DNA of 59,967 nt, taken from contig JBGQHV010000002.1 in NCBI GenBank assembly GCA_041498155.1, positions 1-59,967 on the forward strand, in the 5' to 3' direction. The position numbers and the translations under genes were made by a program. This document shows positions 19,155 through 28,850 of the stretch, piece by piece; position 1 is the first letter of the stretch, and each line of letters opens with the position of its first letter. The notes under the pieces are model-generated. The model saw nothing but the letters and a program-made list of their open reading frames with translations, did no database searches and had not been told where the DNA came from. The stretch is from Gemmatimonadota bacterium (lineage in GTDB: Bacteria; Gemmatimonadota; Gemmatimonadetes; Gemmatimonadales; GWC2-71-9).

Positions 19155-20623
19155 GCGATGTGCCCGCCGCACCCGGCCGGTCCTCCGGCGCCGCCGCCGT
19201 TCCCAAGATCCTGCTGGCCGACGACGACGATTCGCTGGTCCGGACGCTCAGCTACATCCTCAAGGAAAAGGGCTACGACGTCGTCGTGAGCCCCGGCGGC
19301 GAGAACCTGATCGCGCTCGTGGCCGAGGAGAAGCCGCAGCTCCTGCTGCTCGACATCATGATGCCCAAGGTGGACGGGCTGTCGCTGCTGGAGCGACTCA
19401 AGGAGGACCAGCGGTTCCGGGACCTCCCGGTCCTCATGATCTCGTCGATGCCGCCCGAGGAAGCGGCGGTCAAATCGCTCGGTCTGGGCGCCGCCGACTT
19501 CATTCCCAAGCCGTTCAAGGTCAAAGAGCTGTTCGCCCGCATCGAGGCGCAGCTGCGGCTCGGCCGGGCCCTGGCGCAGGCGCGCGACGAAGCCCGCAGC
19601 CGGCTCGCGATGGTGGAGATCCTCCACGAGATCACCGACTCGCTCAAGCCGGACGAGATCTACCACATCCTGGTGCGGCGGGTGGCCCGGGTGCTCAACA
19701 TCTCGAAGTGCTCCATCGTGCTCGGCGCCTCGGGCGACCGCATGGGTGTGGTGGTGGCGTCCTTCGAGAACCCGATGCTGCGCAACCTCGAGATCGAGCT
19801 GGCGCGCTACCCGGAGATCGAGCGCGCGCTGAGCGGCGGGCGCCCCGTGCTGGTGGCCGACGTCGGCACGGATCCGTTGTACGAGGCGGAGCGCCACCGC
19901 TGGCAGGCCGAGGGCGTCGTCGTCCCCACCCGGTCGGCGGTCGCCGTGCCGTTCAACATGCGGGACCGCCAGGTAGGCGTCTTCTTCCTGCGCACCACCG
20001 AAGCGGACGCCCCGCTCACGCCCGCCGACGCCCAATTCGCCGAGTCGGTCATCGGCGCGGCGGTGGCGGCGATCGAAAAGGCGTACGATTTCGAGACGGC
20101 GGTGCTCGACAAGCGGCGCTTCGAGCAGCTTGCCTCCACCGACGCGTTGACCGGAACGCTGAACCGTCGCGCCCTGGCCGAAGCGCTCGCGGCGGAGCTG
20201 GAGCGGGCCCGCCGCTACAACCTCTATCTCAGCATCATGCTGGCGGACCTGGATCGGTTCAAGCAGGTCAACGACCGGCGCGGCCATCTGGCGGGCGACG
20301 CGGTGTTGCGGCAAGTTGGGGAGTTGCTGCGGCACGAAGCGCGGTCCGTGGACCTCGTGGCGCGCTACGGCGGCGAAGAATTCGTCGTCGTCATGCCCGA
20401 GACCACGGTGCGCGGCGCCCAGGTATTTGCCGAGCGCGTGCGCGCTAAGATCTCCGCGCGCGACTTCGCCCCGGTCGGCGAAGATCCGCTGCAGCTGACG
20501 GTGAGCATCGGGCTCGCGGGCTTCCCCAACGAGCGCGTCACCAGCGCCGACAGCTTCATCGCGCTGGCGGACCAGGCCCTCTACCGTGCGAAGGACGAAG
20601 GCCGCAACCGGGTACGCGAATGA
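19151..20623 (+). CDS. response-regulator receiver - GAF - GGDEF diguanylate cyclase
   Basis: The REC domain reads KILLADDDDS...LLLLDIMMPKVDG...PKPF. A central GAF-like region follows. The GGDEF domain has RYGGEEF and an RxxD-type I-site context. The start overlaps the upstream stop (ATGA). Confidence 0.85.
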   Translation: MSDVPAAPGRSSGAAAVPKILLADDDDSLVRTLSYILKEKGYDVVVSPGGENLIALVAEEKPQLLLLDIMMPKVDGLSLLERLKEDQRFRDLPVLMISSMPPEEAAVKSLGLGAADFIPKPFKVKELFARIEAQLRLGRALAQARDEARSRLAMVEILHEITDSLKPDEIYHILVRRVARVLNISKCSIVLGASGDRMGVVVASFENPMLRNLEIELARYPEIERALSGGRPVLVADVGTDPLYEAERHRWQAEGVVVPTRSAVAVPFNMRDRQVGVFFLRTTEADAPLTPADAQFAESVIGAAVAAIEKAYDFETAVLDKRRFEQLASTDALTGTLNRRALAEALAAELERARRYNLYLSIMLADLDRFKQVNDRRGHLAGDAVLRQVGELLRHEARSVDLVARYGGEEFVVVMPETTVRGAQVFAERVRAKISARDFAPVGEDPLQLTVSIGLAGFPNERVTSADSFIALADQALYRAKDEGRNRVRE

Positions 20624-21708
20624 GTCAGCGCCGCTGTCCGAAATGCAAAACCGTCTATTCCGACGCCGCCCGCTTCTGCCCCAAGGACGGCTCGATGTTG
20701 GTGGACGTGCAGGGGTCCCCGCCGGTAGCGACGCCCAAGACGCCGGCCGGTGCCAGCGCTACCTCCGTCCGGACGCCGCCCCTCAAGCCGCCGCCCAGCC
20801 TGGACCGCGCCTCGACCCTGTCCAACCAGCTGCTCGACGCCCGCTACCAGGTCCTGAAGAAGCTGGGCGAGGGCGGCATGTCCTACGTGTACCTCGCCAA
20901 GGAGATTTCCAGCGACCAGGAAGTGGCGATCAAGGTCCTCTCGCCCAAACTGGCCAGCGACAAGAGCTCGGTGGAGCGGCTGCGGCGCGAAGCCGGTCTC
21001 GCGATGCGGCTCGATCACCCCAACGTCTGCCGCATTCTCCGCCTCGGGGAATCGGAGGACGGGCTGATTTATCTGGTGATGCCGTTTCTCCACGGCGAGC
21101 TGCTGTCCGATCGCGAAGTGCGGGGCGGCCCGATGGACCTCGCCGCCGGGCTGTCGATCCTGCGCCAGGTTTGCGCGGGCCTGCATCACGCCCACGACCT
21201 CCAGATCGTGCACCGCGACCTGAAGCCCGAAAACATCATGCTCGTCCCCAATGAGGACGGCTCGGATCGCGCGGTGGTGATGGATTTCGGCCTCGCCAAG
21301 GAGCGGCGCGCGGATCCCTCGATCGCCAAGCTCACGGCCACCGGCATCATCCTCGGCACGCCGGAGTTCATGAGCCCGGAGCAGATCCGCGGCAAGACCC
21401 TGGACGCCCGCTCCGACGTGTACGCCCTCGGCATCGTGGCGTTCGAAATGTTCACCGGGAAGCTGCCGTTCCAGGGCCGCAACGCACAGGAGATGATGAT
21501 CGCCCGGCTGCGCGGCAGCCCGACGCCGATCCGGGCGGTCCGTCCTGATCTGCCGGCGGGTCTCGAGAAGGCGATCAGCCGGGCGCTGGAGACCAATCCC
21601 GACAGCCGGTTCCCCACCACCCTCGCGTTCGCCGAAGCGCTGACCGAGGGCGAAGGCGCCGGCGGCGGGGGAGGCCTGTTCGGCAAGCTCAAGGAACGCC
21701 TGAAATGA
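20620..21708 (+). CDS. Ser/Thr protein kinase with an N-terminal zinc-ribbon
   Basis: The N terminus is CPKCKTVYSDAARFCPKDG. The Hanks kinase motifs are LGEGGMSYVY, AIKVL, HRDLKPENIM, DFGLAK and SPEQ. The start overlaps the upstream stop (ATGA). Confidence 0.85.
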   Translation: MSQRRCPKCKTVYSDAARFCPKDGSMLVDVQGSPPVATPKTPAGASATSVRTPPLKPPPSLDRASTLSNQLLDARYQVLKKLGEGGMSYVYLAKEISSDQEVAIKVLSPKLASDKSSVERLRREAGLAMRLDHPNVCRILRLGESEDGLIYLVMPFLHGELLSDREVRGGPMDLAAGLSILRQVCAGLHHAHDLQIVHRDLKPENIMLVPNEDGSDRAVVMDFGLAKERRADPSIAKLTATGIILGTPEFMSPEQIRGKTLDARSDVYALGIVAFEMFTGKLPFQGRNAQEMMIARLRGSPTPIRAVRPDLPAGLEKAISRALETNPDSRFPTTLAFAEALTEGEGAGGGGGLFGKLKERLK

Positions 21709-23036
21709 TCGGTCTGCTCGCCTGGGCTGCGCTCGTCGCGCAGGCGCCGGCCGCGTCCCGGGACACACAGCCCGTCACCGCCATTCGCGCCGGCACGCTG
21801 ATCGACGGCACCGGGGCGGCGCCCGTGAAGAACGCGGTGATCCTGATCCGTGGCGACCGCATCACCGCCGTCGGGCCGGACGTTACCGTGCCGCGGGGCG
21901 CCACCGTAATCGACCTCTCGGGCGCCACCGTGCTGCCGGGATTCATCGACGCCCACGTCCATCTCGCCGGCCACACGATCGGCGACGGCGACTGGCAGCA
22001 CGCCGGTCTCACCGACCTCCCCGGGCAGCTCGCGCTGCTCGGCGCGGCGCACGCCCAGGAAACGCTCGAAGCGGGGTTCACCACGGTGCGCGTCGTGGGC
22101 ACGGCCTATTTCAACGACCTCGCCCTGCGCAACGCGATCAACGCCGGTTGGGTGCCGGGGCCGCGGATTCTGGGGGCCGGCATCTCGTTCGGCATCACGG
22201 GCGGCCACTGCGACGACGAGGACGGCCTGCGCCCCGACGCCACCGGGCACGAATCGGGGATCGCCGACGGCGTAGCTAACGGCGTGGAGGAGGTGCGCGC
22301 TGCCGTGCGTTACATGGTGAAGTACGGCGCGGACGTCATCAAGATCTGCGCGACCGGCGGCGTGCTGTCGGCGACGGATTCCGTCGGCGCCCAGCAGTAC
22401 ACCGAGGAAGAGATGCGGGCCATCGTCGAAACGGCGCACATGCTGTCGCGGCGGGTGGCGGCGCACGCCCACGGCACCGCGGGCATCAAGGCCGCGGTGC
22501 GGGCCGGCGTCACCTCGATCGAGCACGGCTCGATCCTGGACAGCGAAGCCGTCGCCCTGATGGTGCAGCACGGCACCTGGCTCGTCCCCACCCTCATGGC
22601 CGGCGAGCAGGTCTCCTTGATGGCGCAGGCGGGCCGGCTGCCGCCGGCGATCGCGGCGAAGGCCCTGGCCGTCGCTCCGCGTATGCAGGCGTCGTTCCGT
22701 CTGGCGCTCCAGGCCGGGGTGAAGATCGCGCTGGGCACCGATGCCGGCGTCTTCCAGCACGGCCGCAACGGCCACGAATTCACCCTCATGGTGCGCTCCG
22801 GCATGACCCCGATGCAGGCGATCCAGGCGGGCACGCTCTCCGGCGCCACGCTGCTGGGGCGTGAAGCGGACGTCGGAAGTCTCGTGCCCGGCAAATTCGC
22901 CGACGTCGTCGCCGTGCTGGGCGATCCGCTGCAGGACGTCAGCGTGCTCGAGCACGCCGCGTTCGTGATGAAGGGCGGGATCGTCTTCAAGCGGGACGGC
23001 CAGGTGGTGGGGCGGAGCGCGGCCGGCGTGCCGTGA
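21705..23036 (+). CDS. amidohydrolase family protein (canonical HxH metal site), secreted
   Basis: The 443-aa ORF has a signal peptide and the blocks LPGFIDAHVHL, AAHAHG, EHGS and GTDAGV. The start overlaps the upstream stop (ATGA). Confidence 0.8.
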   Translation: MIGLLAWAALVAQAPAASRDTQPVTAIRAGTLIDGTGAAPVKNAVILIRGDRITAVGPDVTVPRGATVIDLSGATVLPGFIDAHVHLAGHTIGDGDWQHAGLTDLPGQLALLGAAHAQETLEAGFTTVRVVGTAYFNDLALRNAINAGWVPGPRILGAGISFGITGGHCDDEDGLRPDATGHESGIADGVANGVEEVRAAVRYMVKYGADVIKICATGGVLSATDSVGAQQYTEEEMRAIVETAHMLSRRVAAHAHGTAGIKAAVRAGVTSIEHGSILDSEAVALMVQHGTWLVPTLMAGEQVSLMAQAGRLPPAIAAKALAVAPRMQASFRLALQAGVKIALGTDAGVFQHGRNGHEFTLMVRSGMTPMQAIQAGTLSGATLLGREADVGSLVPGKFADVVAVLGDPLQDVSVLEHAAFVMKGGIVFKRDGQVVGRSAAGVP

Positions 23037-23043
23037 TCGCTGG

Positions 23044-24129
23044 ATGAAGCGGTTCCCCGCCTTTGATCCACCCGAATACGTCAACTGGCAGCCCGACCCC
23101 GCGCTCGTCCGCGCCTACCGTCACACGATCGAGCAGCACCCCGAGCGGGCGGCCTTGGTCGCCGGGCTTTCCCGCGATGGGAAGCGCGGCCTGTACGCGG
23201 GGCTGGTGCGAACGCGGCTGCACGACGTCACGCTGAAGCGCTGGGTCCGCACCGGCGTCATCTCCAAGGCGTGGCTGGGCACCGGTGAAGAAGCGACGAC
23301 GGTGGGGCCGGTGCACGCGCTGCAGCGCGACACCGACATCGTCGCCCCCATGATCCGCAATGCCGGGGCGGTGGTCGAGATGGGCATTCCGCTCGCCCAG
23401 GCGCTACGCGCCTACCTCGCGACGGCGGATTCGCCCTCGGCCGGTCGCGACCTGCACGTGGGGGACCTGCGCGCGGGCGTGCTGCAGCCGATCTCCCACG
23501 TCGGCGACGTGGTCCCCGTGATCGCCGGCGTCGCCCTCACGTTCAAGATGCGCAACGAGCCCCGCGTGGCGCTCACCTGGGTGGGCGACGGCTCCACCAA
23601 GACCGCCGCGGCGCACGAAGGAACGAACTTCGCCGCCGTGCAGCGCCTGCCCGCGATCTTCATCGTGCAGAACAACCAGGTCGCCCTGGGGACGAAACTC
23701 GAGCAACACCACCTTCCGGGAACCTTCAAGGATTGGGCGGCATCCTACGGCGTGTGGGGACTCGAGTTCGACGGCAACAACGTGCTCGATGCGTGGGCGG
23801 CGACGCGGCTCGCCGCCGAGCGCTGTCGCGCCGGTCAGGGGCCGGCGCTGCTCGTCGCCGAGACGTTCCGCATGGGGGGCCACGCGACGCACGACGAGCG
23901 GGAGGCGCGAGAGACCTTCCCGGCCAGCCTGTTCGCGGAGTGGGGGAAGCGCGACCCGATCGGCCAGTACGAGGAATACCTCAAGGAAGACGGCTGGACG
24001 GAGCAGCAGCTCGGCGCCGTAGAAGCCGAAGTGACGGTCGAGATCGAGCGCGCCGAGCAGGAGGCGGTGGGGAGCCGGGAGAACATGCCGGTGGGGGAGT
24101 CGGCGCTGCGCGGGGTGTTCGCGGGGTGA
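23044..24129 (+). CDS. thiamine-diphosphate-dependent 2-oxoacid dehydrogenase E1 component, alpha subunit
   Basis: The 361-aa ORF has the TPP-binding block GDGSTKTAAAHEGTNFAAVQRLPAIFIVQNNQVA and FRMGGHATHD. Confidence 0.75.
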   Translation: MKRFPAFDPPEYVNWQPDPALVRAYRHTIEQHPERAALVAGLSRDGKRGLYAGLVRTRLHDVTLKRWVRTGVISKAWLGTGEEATTVGPVHALQRDTDIVAPMIRNAGAVVEMGIPLAQALRAYLATADSPSAGRDLHVGDLRAGVLQPISHVGDVVPVIAGVALTFKMRNEPRVALTWVGDGSTKTAAAHEGTNFAAVQRLPAIFIVQNNQVALGTKLEQHHLPGTFKDWAASYGVWGLEFDGNNVLDAWAATRLAAERCRAGQGPALLVAETFRMGGHATHDEREARETFPASLFAEWGKRDPIGQYEEYLKEDGWTEQQLGAVEAEVTVEIERAEQEAVGSRENMPVGESALRGVFAG

Positions 24130-25685
24130 GGAACGCGGTGCTGGCCGCGATGCTGGGCGGGACGTCGCTCACCGCCCAGCAACCGGGCGTGAACGTCCTG
24201 TCCTATCGCTTCGCGATTTCCCTGCCCGATACGGGAACCGCCATCCGGGCGCGCGCGCGGATCTTCTTTCGCCGCGTGCCGGGGAGCGGCGACACGCTGC
24301 GACTCGATCTCGTCGGGTTGACGGTGGACTCCGTCTGGGGACGGTATCGCCGTCCACTGGGCTTCACCCATGCCGACGGATCCCTGAAGATCCTGCTCGG
24401 ACCGGGGAGCGGCAGCGACCAGGTGACGATCGCCTACCACGGCACGCCGCAGGACGGGCTGATCGGCGCGGCGTTCGGCGACAACTGGCCCGAGCGGGCC
24501 CGGTACTGGCTGCCGACCATAGACACCCCGGGCGACAAAGCGACGGTCGAGTTCGCCGTCGATGCTCCAGCCGATCGACGCGTCGTCGCCACGGGCAGGC
24601 TGTTTCGCGTCGAGCGCGGGGTGAGGGGCCGGCGCGTGTGGACATGGTCGGAGTCGCATCCCGTTCCCACGTATGTCATGGTGATCGGCGCCGGGCGCTT
24701 CAGCGTGAGCCGCCACCGTCCCGTGATCCACGCCCGCGACACCATCCCCATCCAGGTCTGGGCGTTTCCGGACGACTCCGCCTTCGCCGACTCGGTCCCG
24801 TTTCGCCGGGCCACGGAAATCGTCGAGACGATGGAACGGCTGGTCGGTCCGTTTCCCTATGAGAAGCTGGCGCACGTCGAGTCGCCCACCCGCTACGGCG
24901 GAATGGAGAACGCGACCGCCATCTTCTATCCAGCCAAGCCATATGGCGACCGGACGATGCGGGAGGGAGTCGTGCGCCACGAAACCGCCCACCAGTGGTT
25001 GGGGGACGCGGTTACCGAAGGCGCCTGGGCGCACCTCTGGCTCTCCGAGGGGTTCGCCAGCTATTTCGACCTGGTGATTGGCGCCGCGCTGGACGGCGAT
25101 TCGGTGCTCACCGCGGGAATGGCGCGAGACGCACGCTTCTACCTCGCCTCCCAGGTGGTGGACCGGCCCCTCGTCGACACCGCCGAGCACGATCCGAACA
25201 AACTCCTGAACGAAAACAGCTATCAGAAGGGTGCCTGGGTGCTGCATATGTTACGGCAATCGGTGGGCGACTCGGCGTTCTTCCGCGGGATCCGGGAATA
25301 CTATCGGGTGTACCGAGACTCCACCGCCGTCTCGGCGGATTTTCAGCGCGTGATGGAGCGGGCCGCCGGCCGGGACCTCGACTGGTTCTTCCGGCAGTGG
25401 CTGTGGCAGCCCGGGCATCCCCGGCTCTCGGTGAGCTGGCGCTACGAGCCGGCCGACCGCCGGGTCCGGCTCGACGTGGAGCAGGCGCAAGCCGATACCT
25501 GGGGGACGTTCCGCCTGCCGCGACTCGAGGTGCAAGCGGTGACGGCTGGCGGTGAGAAGGTGCGACGGGTGTTCAGCATGGACGGACGCACAATGATCGC
25601 CTTCATTGAAATGGACGAGCCGCCCGCCGCGATCCAGGTCGATCCCGACGCCCGGCTGCTCGTCACGGCAACGGTGAGCCCATGA
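24126..25685 (+). CDS. M1-family zinc aminopeptidase (aminopeptidase N-like), secreted
   Basis: Motifs are GGMEN (GxMEN), HETAHQW (HExxH) and WLSEGFASY (the downstream Glu). I set the start at GTG 24126, which overlaps the E1 alpha stop (GTGA). GTG 24138 and ATG 24150 are alternatives. Confidence 0.75.
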   Translation: MRNAVLAAMLGGTSLTAQQPGVNVLSYRFAISLPDTGTAIRARARIFFRRVPGSGDTLRLDLVGLTVDSVWGRYRRPLGFTHADGSLKILLGPGSGSDQVTIAYHGTPQDGLIGAAFGDNWPERARYWLPTIDTPGDKATVEFAVDAPADRRVVATGRLFRVERGVRGRRVWTWSESHPVPTYVMVIGAGRFSVSRHRPVIHARDTIPIQVWAFPDDSAFADSVPFRRATEIVETMERLVGPFPYEKLAHVESPTRYGGMENATAIFYPAKPYGDRTMREGVVRHETAHQWLGDAVTEGAWAHLWLSEGFASYFDLVIGAALDGDSVLTAGMARDARFYLASQVVDRPLVDTAEHDPNKLLNENSYQKGAWVLHMLRQSVGDSAFFRGIREYYRVYRDSTAVSADFQRVMERAAGRDLDWFFRQWLWQPGHPRLSVSWRYEPADRRVRLDVEQAQADTWGTFRLPRLEVQAVTAGGEKVRRVFSMDGRTMIAFIEMDEPPAAIQVDPDARLLVTATVSP

Positions 25686-25695
25686 GGAGGTTGGC

Positions 25696-26796
25696 ATGGA
25701 ACGACGCATGATGCTGAGCGTGCTGCTCGTGCTCGGCTGCACCAACGGCGAATCGGTCGTAGGGCAGGCGCCCGGCATGGTGCCGCAGGCGATCGCGGGG
25801 CACACGCTGTACCTGCGGGCCGGTTTCAAGATCGGCATCTTCGCCGAGAACCTCGGCGGGGTGCGTAACATCGTGCTCGGTCCGGGAGGCGCGGTGTACG
25901 CCGCGCTGCAGGGCAGCGGGAAGGTCGTGCGGCTGGTGGACGCGAACGGCGACGGCACCGCCGAATCCATCACCGACGCCGCGACGGGTCTCAACGGCCC
26001 GTTTGGTATCGCGTTCCGCGGCGATACGATGTACGTGGGGGAAGAGACCCAGGTCACCCGCTTCGCGCCGGGCGGCGCGGGGCAGCCGGTCGTGACCGGA
26101 TTGCCGAACGGCGGGCACAGCACGCGCACCGTGGTGTTCGGGCCCGACGGCCTGATGTACGTCGCGGTCGGCTCGTCGTGCAACGTCTGCGACGAGTCCG
26201 ATGCGCGCCGCGCGGCGGTGACGCGTTTCAACCCGGACGGCTCGGGGGAGCATCGCTTCGCAACGGGCCTGCGCAACTCGGTGGGGCTCGCCTTCAACCC
26301 CTCGACCGGGGAGCTGTGGGCCACCAACAACGATCGCGATAACCTGGGCGACGACGTGCCGCCCGAGCACCTGAACATCCTGAAGGACGGGAAGTTCTAC
26401 GGCTGGCCCCAATGCTATCTCCCGGGGCAGAAGAACCCCGAGTACCCGGCGGCGACCTGCGCCAACGTCGAGCCGCCGGCGATCACTTTCCAGGCCCACT
26501 CGGCGCCGCTGGGAATCACGTTCTATACCGACAGCAAGTTCCCCGGCTACCAGGGCGACGCCTTCCTCACGTATCACGGCTCCTGGAACCGCAGCGTGCC
26601 CACGGGAGCGAAGGTGGTGCACGTGAAGGTGCAGAATGGAAAGCCGGTCTCCATCGAGGACTTCGTGACCGGGTGGCAGGTGGGCAACGGCTCGCGCTGG
26701 GGCCGGCCGGTGGCGGTGCTGGCCCTGCCGGACGGATCGCTGCTCATCTCGGACGACACCGGTGGGCGGATCTGGCGCGTGGCCTACGGTAGCTAG
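25696..26796 (+). CDS. PQQ-dependent sugar (glucose/sorbosone) dehydrogenase, beta-propeller, lipoprotein-type signal
   Basis: GAGGAGG lies upstream of the ATG. Blocks are GLRNSVGLAFNPSTGELWATNNDRDNLGDDVPPEHLN and GKFYGWPQCY, with the signal MLSVLLVLGC. Confidence 0.75.
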   Translation: MERRMMLSVLLVLGCTNGESVVGQAPGMVPQAIAGHTLYLRAGFKIGIFAENLGGVRNIVLGPGGAVYAALQGSGKVVRLVDANGDGTAESITDAATGLNGPFGIAFRGDTMYVGEETQVTRFAPGGAGQPVVTGLPNGGHSTRTVVFGPDGLMYVAVGSSCNVCDESDARRAAVTRFNPDGSGEHRFATGLRNSVGLAFNPSTGELWATNNDRDNLGDDVPPEHLNILKDGKFYGWPQCYLPGQKNPEYPAATCANVEPPAITFQAHSAPLGITFYTDSKFPGYQGDAFLTYHGSWNRSVPTGAKVVHVKVQNGKPVSIEDFVTGWQVGNGSRWGRPVAVLALPDGSLLISDDTGGRIWRVAYGS

Positions 26797-26819
26797 CGGA
26801 CGGCTCGGGAAGCGGTCGT

Positions 26820-28127
26820 CTACGGGCCGGGAACCACCCGGGTGGTGATATAATCGCGCGCCCAATCGAGCGTCGCGTCTCGACCCGCCAGGAAGTCCGC
26901 CACCTTTTCCGTCACCGGGACCTCCGGGGCCACGCCCACGCCCTGAATGTCCGTTCCGTCCGGAAAGGCGTCGCGCGTCACGGTGAGGCGCAGGTGCCAG
27001 TCCTTGTAGAGACGGAACTCGCCGACCTGTCCCGGGCTGCCGGCGGAGGGCCGACCCACGATCGGTCCGCGTCCGGCTTCCCGGAACGCGACGAGCATGT
27101 CCTCCGCGGTGCCGCCGGTGCGCGGCGACGCGAGGATGGCCATGGGCCCCGTGAACACGGGCAGGTCGGTTCTGGCCGGCACGGTGTCGGGCGGCGCCGA
27201 GAACCACGCCCCGGATGAATCGGGCATGTCCTGGCCGCGGTACGCGGGGCGGTATTGCGGCGTGCGCCAGCGCGACGTGACCAGCGCGCGCGCAACGAGT
27301 CGCCCCAGAATCCGATAACCGGTTTCCCGGCCGCCGCCCGTGCCTTCGTGGTCGCGGAGATCGAGGATCACGCCGCGGACGCGGGTGAAGTCGGGGAACG
27401 CCCGATCGAAGCGGCGCGCGACATCCGGGTCGGCGAAGGACGACATCCGCACCCACACTACGCCGTCCGCCAGCGTATCGATCTGGAGCGGGGGCGGCGC
27501 GAGGGGCCAGCGCTCGCTCAGCGAGACGCTGCGGGTGACGCTCGCCCCCCGCTCCTCGCCGCCGGGCAGCCGGAGCTGGAGGTGGAGCGCGGTGCCCTTC
27601 TCGCCATCGAGCATGCGGGATACCGCCAGCTCCCATCGGGCGGGGCCCGTGGCCCCGGCGATCTCCGGCAGCACGGAGTCGCGGATCCATTGCTCGGCCG
27701 GAATCCCCTGAACCGCGATGATCTCCGCATTGCGCTCCGGCCGTGCCACCCGCAGCTCGTCGTTCTCCACGTAGTCCACGAGAAACGGCCGCCGCTCGAC
27801 GCCGCGGAGCACCACCGGGGGTCGGCCCCAGCGGGCGGCAACCGATGCGGGCGGGAGGATGGCGGCCTGGCCGTCCGCCAGCAGGGCCACGAAGCGGCGC
27901 AACCGGCGGAAGAACACGAGGTCACTCTGACGCTCGGACGCCATGCCGAACAGGGCGGAGAGCGCGGAGTCGCCCGACGCACGGACCCGGTCCCAGGCCG
28001 GCGCGTTGTAGCGCGCCTCCGACCACAGAGCGGCCGCTACTCTGGCCCGCTCGACGGGCCCCAGCTGTTGGGCACGCAACGGCGCGACGGCCAGGAGGGC
28101 GCACGCCAACACGAGACGTGACGGCAT
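26820..28127 (-). CDS. S41-family (tail-specific/C-terminal processing) peptidase-like protein, secreted
   Basis: The track ORF is extended by 64 junk residues. From the ATG at 28127 the product starts MPSRLVLACALLAVAPLRAQQ. S41-like blocks include GVILDLRDHEGTGGG and MAILASPRTGGTAEDM. Confidence 0.6.
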   Translation of the reverse strand: MPSRLVLACALLAVAPLRAQQLGPVERARVAAALWSEARYNAPAWDRVRASGDSALSALFGMASERQSDLVFFRRLRRFVALLADGQAAILPPASVAARWGRPPVVLRGVERRPFLVDYVENDELRVARPERNAEIIAVQGIPAEQWIRDSVLPEIAGATGPARWELAVSRMLDGEKGTALHLQLRLPGGEERGASVTRSVSLSERWPLAPPPLQIDTLADGVVWVRMSSFADPDVARRFDRAFPDFTRVRGVILDLRDHEGTGGGRETGYRILGRLVARALVTSRWRTPQYRPAYRGQDMPDSSGAWFSAPPDTVPARTDLPVFTGPMAILASPRTGGTAEDMLVAFREAGRGPIVGRPSAGSPGQVGEFRLYKDWHLRLTVTRDAFPDGTDIQGVGVAPEVPVTEKVADFLAGRDATLDWARDYITTRVVPGP

Positions 28128-28140
28128 CGATCTCAATGTA

Positions 28141-28731
28141 TCAGTCTCCTCCCGTCGTCTTCCGCGCCGCGATCGCCTCCCAGGCGGCGTCCTGGCACAC
28201 CTGCACCCCGGCGCTCGACACCCCCCAGTCCCGGGTGAGGATCCGCTCCAGCGCCACGCGCAGCACCCCGAGCCAGGCCGCCGCCAGCACATCGACGCCG
28301 CCCGTGCGGACCGACCCATCGGCCTTGCCCTGGGCGAGGAGGCTCTCGAGGGCGCCGCGGAACTCGCGGGCCATCGCTCGCGACGGCTCGTCGAGCAGCG
28401 CCGTGTAGTCCTGGAAGAAGAACAGCCGCGTCACCGCCGGCTCGCGCACCGCGCCGTCCATGAGCAACGTCCCGAGCCGTGCGAGCTTCTCGCGGGACGG
28501 CGCTGTTGCGGCGTCCGCTTCGCGCACCAGCTTCGTGGCCCAGCGCGCCGCGCCGCGGTACAGCTCGTTCAGGAGTTGTTGCTTCCCCTTGAAGTGGCGG
28601 TAGATCGTGCCCTCGGCGATCCCGGCTTTGCGGGCGATCGCGGGCGTCGTGGTGGGGTGGTAGCCCTGCGCGGTGAACAACTCGAGTGCCGCGCGCACGA
28701 GACGCTGCCGGGTGAGGTCGGCCTGCTTCAC
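28141..28731 (-). CDS. TetR/AcrR family transcriptional regulator
   Basis: The N-terminal HTH is RLVRAALELFTAQGYHPTTTPAIARKAGIAEGTIYRHFKGKQQL. The gene is divergent from the saccharopine-dehydrogenase-like gene. Confidence 0.85.
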   Translation of the reverse strand: MKQADLTRQRLVRAALELFTAQGYHPTTTPAIARKAGIAEGTIYRHFKGKQQLLNELYRGAARWATKLVREADAATAPSREKLARLGTLLMDGAVREPAVTRLFFFQDYTALLDEPSRAMAREFRGALESLLAQGKADGSVRTGGVDVLAAAWLGVLRVALERILTRDWGVSSAGVQVCQDAAWEAIAARKTTGGD

Positions 28732-28742
28732 AGGCCGGCGAA

Positions 28743-28760
28743 TCTAATGGAACGTTTAGA
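28743..28760. promoter_or_regulatory. candidate TetR operator (AT-rich inverted repeat TCTAA-N8-TTAGA)
   Basis: This is the only AT-rich palindromic element in the 119-nt divergent intergenic region between the TetR gene and 28851. Confidence 0.3.
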
Positions 28761-28850
28761 CTTCCGCGCGCTTCCCGCGCCCCGGCCACGCGGGTAACTT
28801 TCGGCCGCCTTTCCGGTGCCGCTCACATCCGTCGGGAGATCTTCACACTC

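Noticed and set aside
26820-28127. Possible loss of the catalytic Ser/Lys dyad in the S41-like peptidase (TGGTAED and GRPSAGSPG where I expected S-A-S-A-x-E and T-x-G-K-G)
   Set aside because: My by-eye alignment of these short blocks is too uncertain to claim a pseudo-enzyme. It needs a proper profile alignment.
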